From: Dehalococcoidia bacterium
Lineage (GTDB): Bacteria > Chloroflexota > Dehalococcoidia > DSTF01 > JACRBR01
Assembly (NCBI GenBank): GCA_041494685.1
Contig: JBGQBE010000016.1
Coordinates: 1-56,380, forward strand
DNA: 56,380 nt
Direction: 5' to 3'
This document shows positions 9,829-18,419 of the stretch, one piece after another. The translations under genes were made by a program, and so were the position numbers. The notes below the pieces were generated by a model. The model was not told the origin of the DNA. It worked only from the letters and a program-made list of their open reading frames with translations, and ran no database searches. Positions within the stretch are counted from its first letter, which is position 1. The number at the start of each line of letters is the position of its first letter.

Positions 9829-11331
9829 CTATGCGGGCGCCTCGCCCGGGCGCCGGCCGCGCTTCCCCACTCCCAGCATACGCCGAAGGAGGCGGCCCGC
9901 GTCAACGGACGCGAAGCGGATGGCCGCGAAGGACGACAGTACGACGAGCAGCACGCTCACTCCCAGCAGGCGGACATTGATCCCGCCGCCATGCGACAGC
10001 GCGAGGCCCGGAGGCGGCTCCATGAGCGGATTGCTGTCCTCGATCACCGGGTTGTACCTGTAGACGGGGAACATGTCGGTCGCCGCGTCGATGGCCTGCT
10101 GGGCGGGCGTAAACTGGAACAGCCGCAGCATCTCCTGGTTACCCAGACGGCCCGCGAATGGCGGGCGCGGCTGGTACGGCTGGTCGCCCACGCCGTCGCC
10201 GTTCGCGTCAAAGCCGCGATAGTCGCTCCAGTAATTGCCGCGACCGGCGCTCGTCCACACGGCCGCCTTCAATAGCTGGGGCGTACCGCCTGCCGGCTGT
10301 GCGCCCGCGGGCGTGGCGCCATCGTGGCTGGACAGCGCGCTGGCCAGTTCGCCGCTGAGCGCCTTGACCTGCACTGTGTTGTCGATCATCGCGTTCTCGA
10401 CGAAGGTGATCGGGGCGTTCGAGAACAGCCCCAATCCGGTGTCGTTGAGCGCGAAGGTATTGCGGCGGAAGATCGCGGTCGCGCCGGCCTGCTGCGGCGT
10501 GCCATCGACGGTCATGCCGAACTTGTTGCGCAGGATGCGGTTGCCTTCGACCCAGATATTGTTGTCGTCCTTGATCAGCATGCCGGCGCCGCTCGCACCA
10601 CTGCGGTTGTTGGAGAACTCGTTGTCCTTGACGATCAGATCGTTCGAATACATGAGCACGGCGCCGGCGAGGTTTCCGCGAAACGTGTTGCTGATCACCT
10701 TGTTGTCGCTCGCGTACATGAAGTGCAGCGCGTAGCGGCTGTCGGTGACCGTGTTCTTGCCGAGACCGTTCCGGTCGGAGTACTCCATGTGGATGCCGTC
10801 GGCGGCGTGGCGGATCGTATTCCCGTACAGCGTCGAGCCGGTCACTTCCCACAGATACACGCCGTGCCCGCGCCGCTCGATCGGCGTATCGCCCCCGGTG
10901 TCGATGACGTTGCCGTCGATCAGGTCGTCGGCGCTGTCCGTGATGTGCACGCCGAAATGCGCATCCGCCAGGTGATTGGCGCGGATCGTCACCCGTTTCG
11001 CGCCATCGACCTTGATCGCCGCCGGCTCCTGCGACACGTTCTTGCTGCTGCCGCGGATCGTGAACCCTGAGATCACAACGTCATCGGCGGAGATAGTCAC
11101 GACGTCGCCCTGACCGCCTCCATCGATGACAGGCGAGTTGCGCCCGATCAACGAGATCGACTTGTTGATCACAATCGATTCCCGGAACACGCCGCCGTCC
11201 ACGATGACGATGTCCTCGGGAGCCGCTCGATCGACGCGCTGCTGCAGCGACAGCCCCGCGTCTTGCGCCCGCACCGGCGTGGCGAAGTGCATCGCCGCCC
11301 CGCAAAGCAGGAGGACGAGGAGCAGCCTCAC
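9829..11331 (-). CDS. nosD: N2O reductase maturation protein (beta-helix) with C-terminal membrane anchor
   Basis: Signal peptide, RRGHGVYLW, SRYALHFMY and GNYWSDYRGFDANGDGVGDQPY; GTG 11331 overlaps the upstream stop. Confidence 0.93.
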   Translation of the reverse strand: MRLLLVLLLCGAAMHFATPVRAQDAGLSLQQRVDRAAPEDIVIVDGGVFRESIVINKSISLIGRNSPVIDGGGQGDVVTISADDVVISGFTIRGSSKNVSQEPAAIKVDGAKRVTIRANHLADAHFGVHITDSADDLIDGNVIDTGGDTPIERRGHGVYLWEVTGSTLYGNTIRHAADGIHMEYSDRNGLGKNTVTDSRYALHFMYASDNKVISNTFRGNLAGAVLMYSNDLIVKDNEFSNNRSGASGAGMLIKDDNNIWVEGNRILRNKFGMTVDGTPQQAGATAIFRRNTFALNDTGLGLFSNAPITFVENAMIDNTVQVKALSGELASALSSHDGATPAGAQPAGGTPQLLKAAVWTSAGRGNYWSDYRGFDANGDGVGDQPYQPRPPFAGRLGNQEMLRLFQFTPAQQAIDAATDMFPVYRYNPVIEDSNPLMEPPPGLALSHGGGINVRLLGVSVLLVVLSSFAAIRFASVDAGRLLRRMLGVGKRGRRPGEAPA

Positions 11332-12008
11332 GCCACGCTCCGTCGCTGGCCGGCGTCGCCCCTGGCGGGGGCGCCGGTCCCGGCGCCACGCACTGTTGCG
11401 CGCGCGCGGCGGCGCTGCCACCAGCCGACAGCGAGCGGGACGACCGTGATCTCGATCGCCGCGGCGAGCATCAGGTAGAACCCAAGCTCGAAGCCGGTGT
11501 TCGAATGGAAGTTCCACACCTTCGTCGTTCCCATCACCTTCGGCGTGAAGGAGCCGGTGTTCAGCGGTGCCTCCGGATTCATCGTGTGTCCGTAATGGTA
11601 CAGCCAGAACTGAAGGTCCACTACGAAGAACACCGGCATCGTCCAGAATCCGAGTATAAGCAGTGCTCGCAGCCACCGGCGCTTCCAGGAGACGAACGAC
11701 CCAATCAGCGTACCGGCGATGAGCGCCAGCACACCCGGGATGAAGAGGCTCATCTCGGCCACCTTTTCGATCGGCTTCATCCCGATGTAGTGGTTCAGGC
11801 CGTTGATCTCGCGGACGTCGTCGTAGTACGTGTTGGGGTCGCCGACGAACTTGTAGCCATAGGCTCTCATGACCAGCCCGGCGGGGTACTGCGGCGCCAC
11901 CAACTCCATCCGCCACAGAGGCACGAACAGTGCTCCGAGCAGGAGCCCGCAGGCGATGACGGAGGCGATGAGCCACGACTTCTCGGGGCGTCCAAACAAT
12001 CCGCTCAT
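11328..12008 (-). CDS. nosB: Clade II nos membrane protein
   Basis: PLW...APQYP.GL, EINGLNHYIGMKPI and WLYHYGH motifs, about four hydrophobic segments, directly downstream of nosZ; GGAGG RBS. Confidence 0.85.
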   Translation of the reverse strand: MSGLFGRPEKSWLIASVIACGLLLGALFVPLWRMELVAPQYPAGLVMRAYGYKFVGDPNTYYDDVREINGLNHYIGMKPIEKVAEMSLFIPGVLALIAGTLIGSFVSWKRRWLRALLILGFWTMPVFFVVDLQFWLYHYGHTMNPEAPLNTGSFTPKVMGTTKVWNFHSNTGFELGFYLMLAAAIEITVVPLAVGWWQRRRARATVRGAGTGAPARGDAGQRRSVA

Positions 12009-12100
12009 CGCATCATCCTCCTTTCCCGGAACGGGCGCTCCCGCGGCGATCAGCCGCGGGAGCGCCACAATCTTCACAACCCTCCGTCGACTCGTATCGG

Positions 12101-14146
12101 CTAACCCCCGGGCGCCGCTACCCCCGACGCCGCCGGCTCGACGAGCAGCCAGCCCGCCATCTCCAGGTGCAGCGCCGAACAGAACTCGGTGCAGTAGAAG
12201 TTATACGAGCCTGCCTTATCGGCGACGAAGTCGAAGTTCTCCGTGACTCCCGGTTCCAGGCTGGCGTTGATGTTGTACTGGGAGATGCCAAAGCCGTGGG
12301 TCGCGTCCTCGGTCTGCTCGATGTTGGTGATGTGGATCTTCACGTGGTCGCCCTGCTTCACGCGGATGATGTCCGGCGTGAAGTGGCTGCGCTGCGCTGT
12401 CATCCACACCTCGACAGTGTTGCCGTCACGGACGGTCTTCTCCCCGCCGAACTTGATCGCGAACGGGCTGGTCTGCATCGTCTGCAAGTCGGTGCCTGGC
12501 GGGTAGACGGGAATCGCCTTCAGCCTGGACGCCTTCATGATTTCCGCGTAGTGCGGCTCCCCGATGCCAATCGGTGTGTCGGAGATCAGATCCATGGGGC
12601 CGTTGCCGCCATTGAGGTCAATGAGCTGGAGATCTTGCGGGTGCAGCGGTCCGATGGTCTGGAAGCGGTCGATCGACCACTTGTTGAGCGCCACGAGGTA
12701 CTTGGAATCGGGGTGCTCGGTGTCGCCCTCCGTGACAGCCAGGTGGCCGATGTTGTAGTTCACGGGGATGGTCTGGATCAGGCTGAATGGCTTTTCTCCG
12801 GTCTTGACAACGTCGTCGCCCAGTGTGAACTTCGCGACGGCGCTCGCCAGGAACATGCTGGTGTAACCGTGGCCCATGCCGTCGAACTGCGTGTGCAGCG
12901 GGCCGGCGCCCACTTCGACCTGCGCCGCGACGACGGAGTCGAACTTGAGCACGTGGATGCCGAACACGTCGTCCTTTTCGTAGTCCTTGCTCTCGATGGC
13001 TTTCTGGATCTTGTTGAAGTCGAAGATCGTCACGTGCGGGTCAAGCTTGCCGCCGACGACGATGTAGCGGCCCGACGGGTCGACGTCCGCGCCGTGCGGG
13101 CTCTTCGGCTCCGGGATCAGGTAGAGCAGGCCCTCGTCCACCGCGGTCTTCATCGAAATCACGGGGATGCCGTTCATCATCGGGGCCTTGCCGGCCTTGA
13201 CGACTTCCGCGGCCTTCTTCCAGTTGATGATGTGCAGGTAGTCGAAGTTGTTCTTCGACATGCCTGCCTCCATCGGCTGGCCGCCCTCCGCATCGCCGCC
13301 GGTCGCCATCTCGCTGTTGTAGGAGCCGATGAAGCCCCAGCCGTCGCTCACCAGCTTACCGGCGTCGGCGAGGTCCTGGTTGTACGGCGGCAGCTCGATC
13401 TCGAAGCTCTGTGAGAGGTCGAGCTTACCAGTCGTCTGGTCGATCTTGAGCCACGCGGACGCGCTGCGGAATTTCGCCTGATAGTCCTTCAGGTCGGCGT
13501 AGGTGCCGGGAGGCCACGGCTCCGGGTACGTCGCCGAAACGTGGACATAGTCCGAATTCGGCGTGACGAACATCCCGCCGTGCGACGTCTGGATATTCGG
13601 CACCGCCAGGATCTGCTTCGTGGTGAAGTCACGCAGGTCGACCATACCGACACGGCCGTTCGCGCGGTCGTTGATGTACAGGAACCGCCCGTCGTAGTCG
13701 CCGTTCGTCTCGCTCAGGGCCGGGTGGTGCGTGTCGCCCCACGTGAGGTCTACATTTGCCGGGACCGTTGGGTTACCGTTCTTGAGGATCGTGTCGCCGG
13801 CATCGGCGCCGTACCCATAGCCCTGCCACGACTCTGGCGTGAAGACCGCAATCGACTTCAAGATGCGCATCGATGGGACGCCGAGGACGAGCACCTGGCC
13901 GCCCTGGCCGTCCGACGAGAACATGACGTATTCGTCCTTCTTGCCCGGCGGAACGAACTGCTGGAGGGCGTGCTTCATGTCCTCCGGGGTCAGCCCACGC
14001 TCCTTCGCGACCGCGTCAAGATCGGCGCTGCCGGTCGACGCGGTGTTCTTGCTCTTGCTGCTGCTACAGCCGACGCTCGCCGCAACGACGAGCAGCGCCG
14101 CACCTACAACCATCAGCATCCGTACCGATGTCCGAGACAACTTCAT
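12101..14146 (-). CDS. nosZ: Nitrous oxide reductase, clade II, Sec/lipoprotein type
   Basis: CuZ histidines (GDTHHP, TSHG, SPHG, GPLHT, IGH, GEPH) and CuA motif YCTEFCSALHLEM; no twin-arginine motif; SVGC lipobox-like site. Confidence 0.97.
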   Translation of the reverse strand: MKLSRTSVRMLMVVGAALLVVAASVGCSSSKSKNTASTGSADLDAVAKERGLTPEDMKHALQQFVPPGKKDEYVMFSSDGQGGQVLVLGVPSMRILKSIAVFTPESWQGYGYGADAGDTILKNGNPTVPANVDLTWGDTHHPALSETNGDYDGRFLYINDRANGRVGMVDLRDFTTKQILAVPNIQTSHGGMFVTPNSDYVHVSATYPEPWPPGTYADLKDYQAKFRSASAWLKIDQTTGKLDLSQSFEIELPPYNQDLADAGKLVSDGWGFIGSYNSEMATGGDAEGGQPMEAGMSKNNFDYLHIINWKKAAEVVKAGKAPMMNGIPVISMKTAVDEGLLYLIPEPKSPHGADVDPSGRYIVVGGKLDPHVTIFDFNKIQKAIESKDYEKDDVFGIHVLKFDSVVAAQVEVGAGPLHTQFDGMGHGYTSMFLASAVAKFTLGDDVVKTGEKPFSLIQTIPVNYNIGHLAVTEGDTEHPDSKYLVALNKWSIDRFQTIGPLHPQDLQLIDLNGGNGPMDLISDTPIGIGEPHYAEIMKASRLKAIPVYPPGTDLQTMQTSPFAIKFGGEKTVRDGNTVEVWMTAQRSHFTPDIIRVKQGDHVKIHITNIEQTEDATHGFGISQYNINASLEPGVTENFDFVADKAGSYNFYCTEFCSALHLEMAGWLLVEPAASGVAAPGG

Positions 14147-14242
14147 GGCCACAGACCTCCCCTACTAGCCCGATAGGGCTACGCGCTCATTGCGGCATGA
14201 TCGCCATTCTCCTGCAACAGCTGTAAGAGCCTGACGCCCCTC

Positions 14243-14260
14243 TTGTGAGGCGTTTCGCAA
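14243..14260. promoter_or_regulatory. Putative Rex operator upstream of nosZ
   Basis: TTGTGAG-GCGT-TTCGCAA versus Rex consensus TTGTGAA-N4-TTCACAA (12/14). Confidence 0.55.
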
Positions 14261-14367
14261 TCACCGAACAGGCCGAATGGCACATGATCTGCACACCCAG
14301 CGGTCGAGGTCGAGAGCCCGTTCCGTACTGCCCCGCCCGTGTCACCACGCGACCCGACGCTCCGCAA

Positions 14368-14383
14368 AGGGCCGATCGTCCCC
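14368..14383. promoter_or_regulatory. DosR/OsdR-like box in the nosZ/cupredoxin divergent promoter
   Basis: AGGGCCGATCGTCCCC, 14/16 to AGGGCCGATCGGCCCT; weaker copy CAGGCCGAATGGCACA at 14269-14284. Confidence 0.65.
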
Positions 14384-14489
14384 ACTCAAACCGGCCGTTG
14401 GCCTCGGGCCCCTGAGTCCGCGATGGGCTAAGTAATAGGGACGTGAAGGGGTTCGCTCTCACCGGCCGGGCATACATGCGAGGAGCACC

Positions 14490-15029
14490 ATGCAGAGTTC
14501 TCTCAAACGATGGGCCTGGCTGGGACTCGGCGTCGTCGGCCTCGCCGCGGCGGCGAATGCGGCCTGCGGGCAGGCTGGTACGTATGAGAAGACCCCCACA
14601 CCCGGTGCGCCACCCCCAGCGGCGACGAAACCGGCGACTACGCCCGCCGCCACGGCGGCGGCAACCGGGGCTGCCGCGACGCCGTCGGCCGCCTCGCCCA
14701 CGCAGGCTGCCGCAACCACGGCCACGGCCGGTGGCGGCGGCGAGGCCACAACGCTGACACTCGTCGCGAAGAACACCCTCTTCGACAAGAGCGAGTTGAA
14801 GGCGAAGGCCGGCGCGGTGACGATCGAAGTCGATAACCAGGATGGCGGTATCCCGCACAACCTCCATGTCTACAGGGGGAAGGACAATACGGGGGAAGAT
14901 ATGGGAAAGACGGAGATCGCAGCCGGTCCCGTAAAGCAGACGCTCAAGCTTCAACTGACGGCTGGCGAGTACTTCTTCGTCTGCGAGGTCCACCCTCCGA
15001 CGATGTTCGGCAAACTCGAAGTCGAGTAG
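14490..15029 (+). CDS. Exported (probable lipoprotein) type-1 copper cupredoxin with Ala/Thr/Pro linker
   Basis: Signal peptide ending AAC; PHN...YFFVCEVHPPTMFG supplies His/Cys/His/Met ligands. Confidence 0.88.
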   Translation: MQSSLKRWAWLGLGVVGLAAAANAACGQAGTYEKTPTPGAPPPAATKPATTPAATAAATGAAATPSAASPTQAAATTATAGGGGEATTLTLVAKNTLFDKSELKAKAGAVTIEVDNQDGGIPHNLHVYRGKDNTGEDMGKTEIAAGPVKQTLKLQLTAGEYFFVCEVHPPTMFGKLEVE

Positions 15030-15063
15030 CGATGTTGCGCGCGGCGCAGCGGGAGGGGCAAGC

Positions 15064-17877
15064 ATGGTGACGAAGCGCGCAGCGATCGGAGCGGACGGCC
15101 GGGCCGTCACGGAAGCACGGTACGGCGAGTCGTTGGCGTTCGACCGCTGGGGCTGGGGCAGCCACTGTGTCGACTGTTATCCGAGTAACTGCCCGTACCG
15201 CGTGTACGTGAAGGACGGCGTCATCGTCCGGGAGGAGCAGGCCGGCACCTTCCCAACGATCGAACCCGGCGTGCCCGACATGAACCCGATGGGCTGCCAG
15301 AAGGGCGGCTCGTGGAGCCGCCTGCTGTACGGCGGCGAGCGCGTCCTGCACCCGCTGCGGCGCGCGGGCGAGCGCGGCGAAGGCAAATGGCAGCAGATCT
15401 CGTGGGACGAGGCGCTGACCGACATCGCCGAAGCCATGCTCGACACGATGCAGGCGGAGGGGCCCGAGAGCATCATGCGCATCGGCACGCCGGGACAGGG
15501 CGGCACGCAGAGCATCGCGCTGGCGGGCGCCGTGTTCAACAAGCTGGGCTGCACGCTCACCGACGTGCAGGGCGAGATCAACGACTGGAGCCCGGGGCTC
15601 TACGTGACGTTCGGCCGCTTCGACCCCTGCGCGAGCGACGACGACTGGTTCCACTCCGAGGTCATCCTGATCTGGGCGAACAACCCCGCCTACAGCGAGA
15701 TCCCGCTGGCCCACTACATCAGCGAAGCGCGCTACAAGGGCGCGCAGGTCGTGATCATCGCGCCGGACTACAGCCCGTCCGCGATCCACGCCGACCTCTT
15801 CGTCCCGGTACGCATCGGCAGCGACGCCGCATTGGCACTCGCGATGTGCCAGGTGATCCTCGAAGAGGGATTGATGGACCGAGCGTTCGTCCGCGAGCAG
15901 ACGGACCTGCCGCTGCTCGTCCGCACGGACACGGGGCGCTTCCTGCGGCAGCAAGACGTGGCGGAGGGCGGCCGCGACGACATCTTCTACATGTTCGATA
16001 AGCAGACGCAGCAGATCGTCGAAGCACCGCGCAGGCTCGACCTCGGCAAGATCGTGCCGGCGCTGCACGGATCGTTCACGGCGACGCTCGCGGGCGGCGA
16101 TTCCGTCGCCGTCGAGCCTGTGTTCGTACGCCTCGAGCGGACACTGCGGGACTACACACCCGAGGCGGCGTCCGCGACGTGCGGCGCCCACCCGGACGTC
16201 ATCCGCCAGCTCGCCCGTATGGTGGCCGCGAAGAAGACGCACGTGCTCGACGGCTGGACTTTCGGCAAGTCCTACCACGGCGACCTGATGGAGCGCGCGA
16301 TCTGCCTGGTGCTGGCGCTCACGGGCAACTGGGGCAAGCAGGGCGCCGGCATCCGAAGCTGGGCCGTCGGCATGTTCGACGGCATGTTCACCTGGTCATC
16401 GAAGGCCGCACCGGGCCCGGAGGCCGCACGCGCTCTCAACGAGGGACTGAACGCGATGGCGGCGGGTGTGAAGGCGCAGGATCCCTCGCTGACGGACGAG
16501 ATCCTCGTGCATGAGATGGGCTATCGCGGTGCGGCGATGGGCGGCAACGTCCCGCCGGCGTTCTTCTGGCTCAACCATTGCGGCTACCGCGAGACGTGGG
16601 AGAAGGAGGGCTGGGGCGACCCCGATATGAAGCGCCCCTTCTCCACGTACGTGCAGGAGGCGATCGACCGCGGCTGGTGGCAGGGCTCACAGTACCCGCT
16701 TCCGGACAAACCGCCGCGCGTGCTGTTCGAGATCGGCGGCAACATGCTGCGCCGAACGCGCGGCGGCCAGCAGCAACTGCTCACTCACCTCTGGCCGAAG
16801 CTGAAACTGATCGTCTCCATGGACGTGCGGATGACGACGACGGGCATGTGGTCGGACATCGTGCTGCCGTCGGCGCATCACTACGAGAAGCCGAATTTCC
16901 CGTACACGACCCCGAACGTGATGAACCTGACGCTCTCCGACCGCATCGTGGCGCCGCCAGCGGACACCCGGAGCGAATGGCAGTTCGCGCTGGCGCTCGC
17001 ACGCAAGCTCTCCGAGCGCGCCGTCGCCCGCGGCTTCGTCGAATTCAAGTCGCGGCTGGGGATGCCGGTGCGGCTCGACAACCTGTACGAGCAGCTATCC
17101 CGTGACGGCTTCTACGCGGAAGACGAAACGGTGATCAACGAGATGGTCGTCGATTCCGCCGTCGCGGGAACACTGCCTGCCGGCACGACCCTGGAATCGC
17201 TGCGCGAGACCGGCTACGTGCGCTTCACCGGCTGGGGCCGTTCGCCGATGGCGCTGGCGCAGGCGTCGGATTTGAAGCCGAACGAGACGCATGCACCCTT
17301 CCGCTGGCAGACCGAGAAGAAGGAGCCGTTCCCGACGCTGACGCGCCGCGCGCAGTTCTACGTCGACCACGACTGGTTCCTGGAAGCGGGCGAAGAGCTG
17401 CCGGTCCACAAGGAACCGCCGGCGCAGGGCGGCGACTATCCGCTGGAGCTCACGGGCGGGCACCCGCGCTGGAGCGTCAACTCAACCAACATGACAAACC
17501 GCATCATCCTCAACGCGCAGCGGGGCGGCCCGACCGCCTATATCAACGACGCCGACGCGGCCGCGCGCGGCATCGCCGACGGCGACCAGATGCGCGTGCA
17601 CAACGACGCCTCGGAGGCGTTCGTCGAGGCGCGCGTGACGCCGTCCGTCCGGCCCGGCCAGATCATCATGTACAACGGGTTCGAGCCGTACCAGCACGAA
17701 GGTTGGCGCGATACGTCGAACGTCGAGCCGGGCATGGTGAAGTGGCTGCACTTCGCCGGGGGCTACGGGCACCTGCGGTACCGCGCGCTGCACTGGCAAC
17801 CCGTGCCGATCGACCGCGGCGTCCGGGTGGATATCGAGAAGCGCGTCCGGACGGAGGCGTCAACAGAGGAGGAGTGA
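15064..17877 (+). CDS. Mo-bisPGD oxidoreductase alpha subunit 1 (DMSOR type II, EbdA-like), no Tat signal
   Basis: GSHCVDCYPSNC, REEQ, NPMGCQKG, EIND (probable Asp Mo ligand), TLTRRAQFY.DHDWF and GGYGHL. Confidence 0.92.
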   Translation: MVTKRAAIGADGRAVTEARYGESLAFDRWGWGSHCVDCYPSNCPYRVYVKDGVIVREEQAGTFPTIEPGVPDMNPMGCQKGGSWSRLLYGGERVLHPLRRAGERGEGKWQQISWDEALTDIAEAMLDTMQAEGPESIMRIGTPGQGGTQSIALAGAVFNKLGCTLTDVQGEINDWSPGLYVTFGRFDPCASDDDWFHSEVILIWANNPAYSEIPLAHYISEARYKGAQVVIIAPDYSPSAIHADLFVPVRIGSDAALALAMCQVILEEGLMDRAFVREQTDLPLLVRTDTGRFLRQQDVAEGGRDDIFYMFDKQTQQIVEAPRRLDLGKIVPALHGSFTATLAGGDSVAVEPVFVRLERTLRDYTPEAASATCGAHPDVIRQLARMVAAKKTHVLDGWTFGKSYHGDLMERAICLVLALTGNWGKQGAGIRSWAVGMFDGMFTWSSKAAPGPEAARALNEGLNAMAAGVKAQDPSLTDEILVHEMGYRGAAMGGNVPPAFFWLNHCGYRETWEKEGWGDPDMKRPFSTYVQEAIDRGWWQGSQYPLPDKPPRVLFEIGGNMLRRTRGGQQQLLTHLWPKLKLIVSMDVRMTTTGMWSDIVLPSAHHYEKPNFPYTTPNVMNLTLSDRIVAPPADTRSEWQFALALARKLSERAVARGFVEFKSRLGMPVRLDNLYEQLSRDGFYAEDETVINEMVVDSAVAGTLPAGTTLESLRETGYVRFTGWGRSPMALAQASDLKPNETHAPFRWQTEKKEPFPTLTRRAQFYVDHDWFLEAGEELPVHKEPPAQGGDYPLELTGGHPRWSVNSTNMTNRIILNAQRGGPTAYINDADAAARGIADGDQMRVHNDASEAFVEARVTPSVRPGQIIMYNGFEPYQHEGWRDTSNVEPGMVKWLHFAGGYGHLRYRALHWQPVPIDRGVRVDIEKRVRTEASTEEE

Positions 17878-17879
17878 TC

Positions 17880-18302
17880 GTGCCCAAGAAGGACATCCCC
17901 CAGCCATTCCAGGACTTCACGCGCGACTTCCCCGCCGTCGCGCGGGCATACGAAGCGCTCGGCTCCGCGAGCCACGACGCGGGGCCGCTCGACGACCGCA
18001 CCCGCCGCCTCGTGAAGCTGGCGATCGCGGTGGGCGGCCGCCTTGAGGGCGCCGTGCGCGCGCAGGCCCGGCTCGCGCAGCAAGCCGGGATCTCGCGTGC
18101 GGAGCTCGATCACGTAGCACTGCTCGCGATCACCACGGCCGGCTTGCCGTCGGCGGTCTCCGCGCGAACCTGGATCCGCGACGAGATCGGGGCGCCCGCG
18201 CCGAAAGCCGCGCTGCGGAGCAAACCCGCGCGCAAGGCGAAGGCCCGCGCTGCCGCCCCCGTCCGCCGCGCCGGCGGCGCCGCAAAGGCCCGCCGCTCCT
18301 GA
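17880..18302 (+). CDS. Carboxymuconolactone decarboxylase / AhpD-like protein with basic tail
   Basis: GPLDDRTRRLVKLAIAVG...AGISRAELDHVALLAITTAGLP; GTG start after GAGGAGG. Confidence 0.82.
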   Translation: MPKKDIPQPFQDFTRDFPAVARAYEALGSASHDAGPLDDRTRRLVKLAIAVGGRLEGAVRAQARLAQQAGISRAELDHVALLAITTAGLPSAVSARTWIRDEIGAPAPKAALRSKPARKAKARAAAPVRRAGGAAKARRS

Positions 18303-18347
18303 CTCGCTACGGTCGCCGCGCTCCGCGGGCGGTCTGCTCAGCGCCAG

Positions 18348-18387
18348 AAACGGAGAAGAGGCACGACGGTGTGCCTCTTCTCCGTTT
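18348..18387. terminator. Bidirectional intrinsic terminator-like hairpin
   Basis: Perfect 17-bp stem AAACGGAGAAGAGGCAC-gacggt-GTGCCTCTTCTCCGTTT between convergent genes. Confidence 0.85.
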
Positions 18388-18419
18388 GCATTGCCGCGCG
18401 CGGCAGCCCTGCCGTCGCG

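Noticed and set aside
9829..11976. 715-aa NosD, and likewise the 766-aa ORF 36278..38578 as a long beta subunit
   Set aside because: The extensions overlap nosB or the permease out of frame; true starts are coupled to upstream stops.
12101..14146. Non-canonical (clade III or lactonase-type) N2O reductase
   Set aside because: The standard CuZ histidines, CuA motif and adjacent nosB indicate ordinary clade II.
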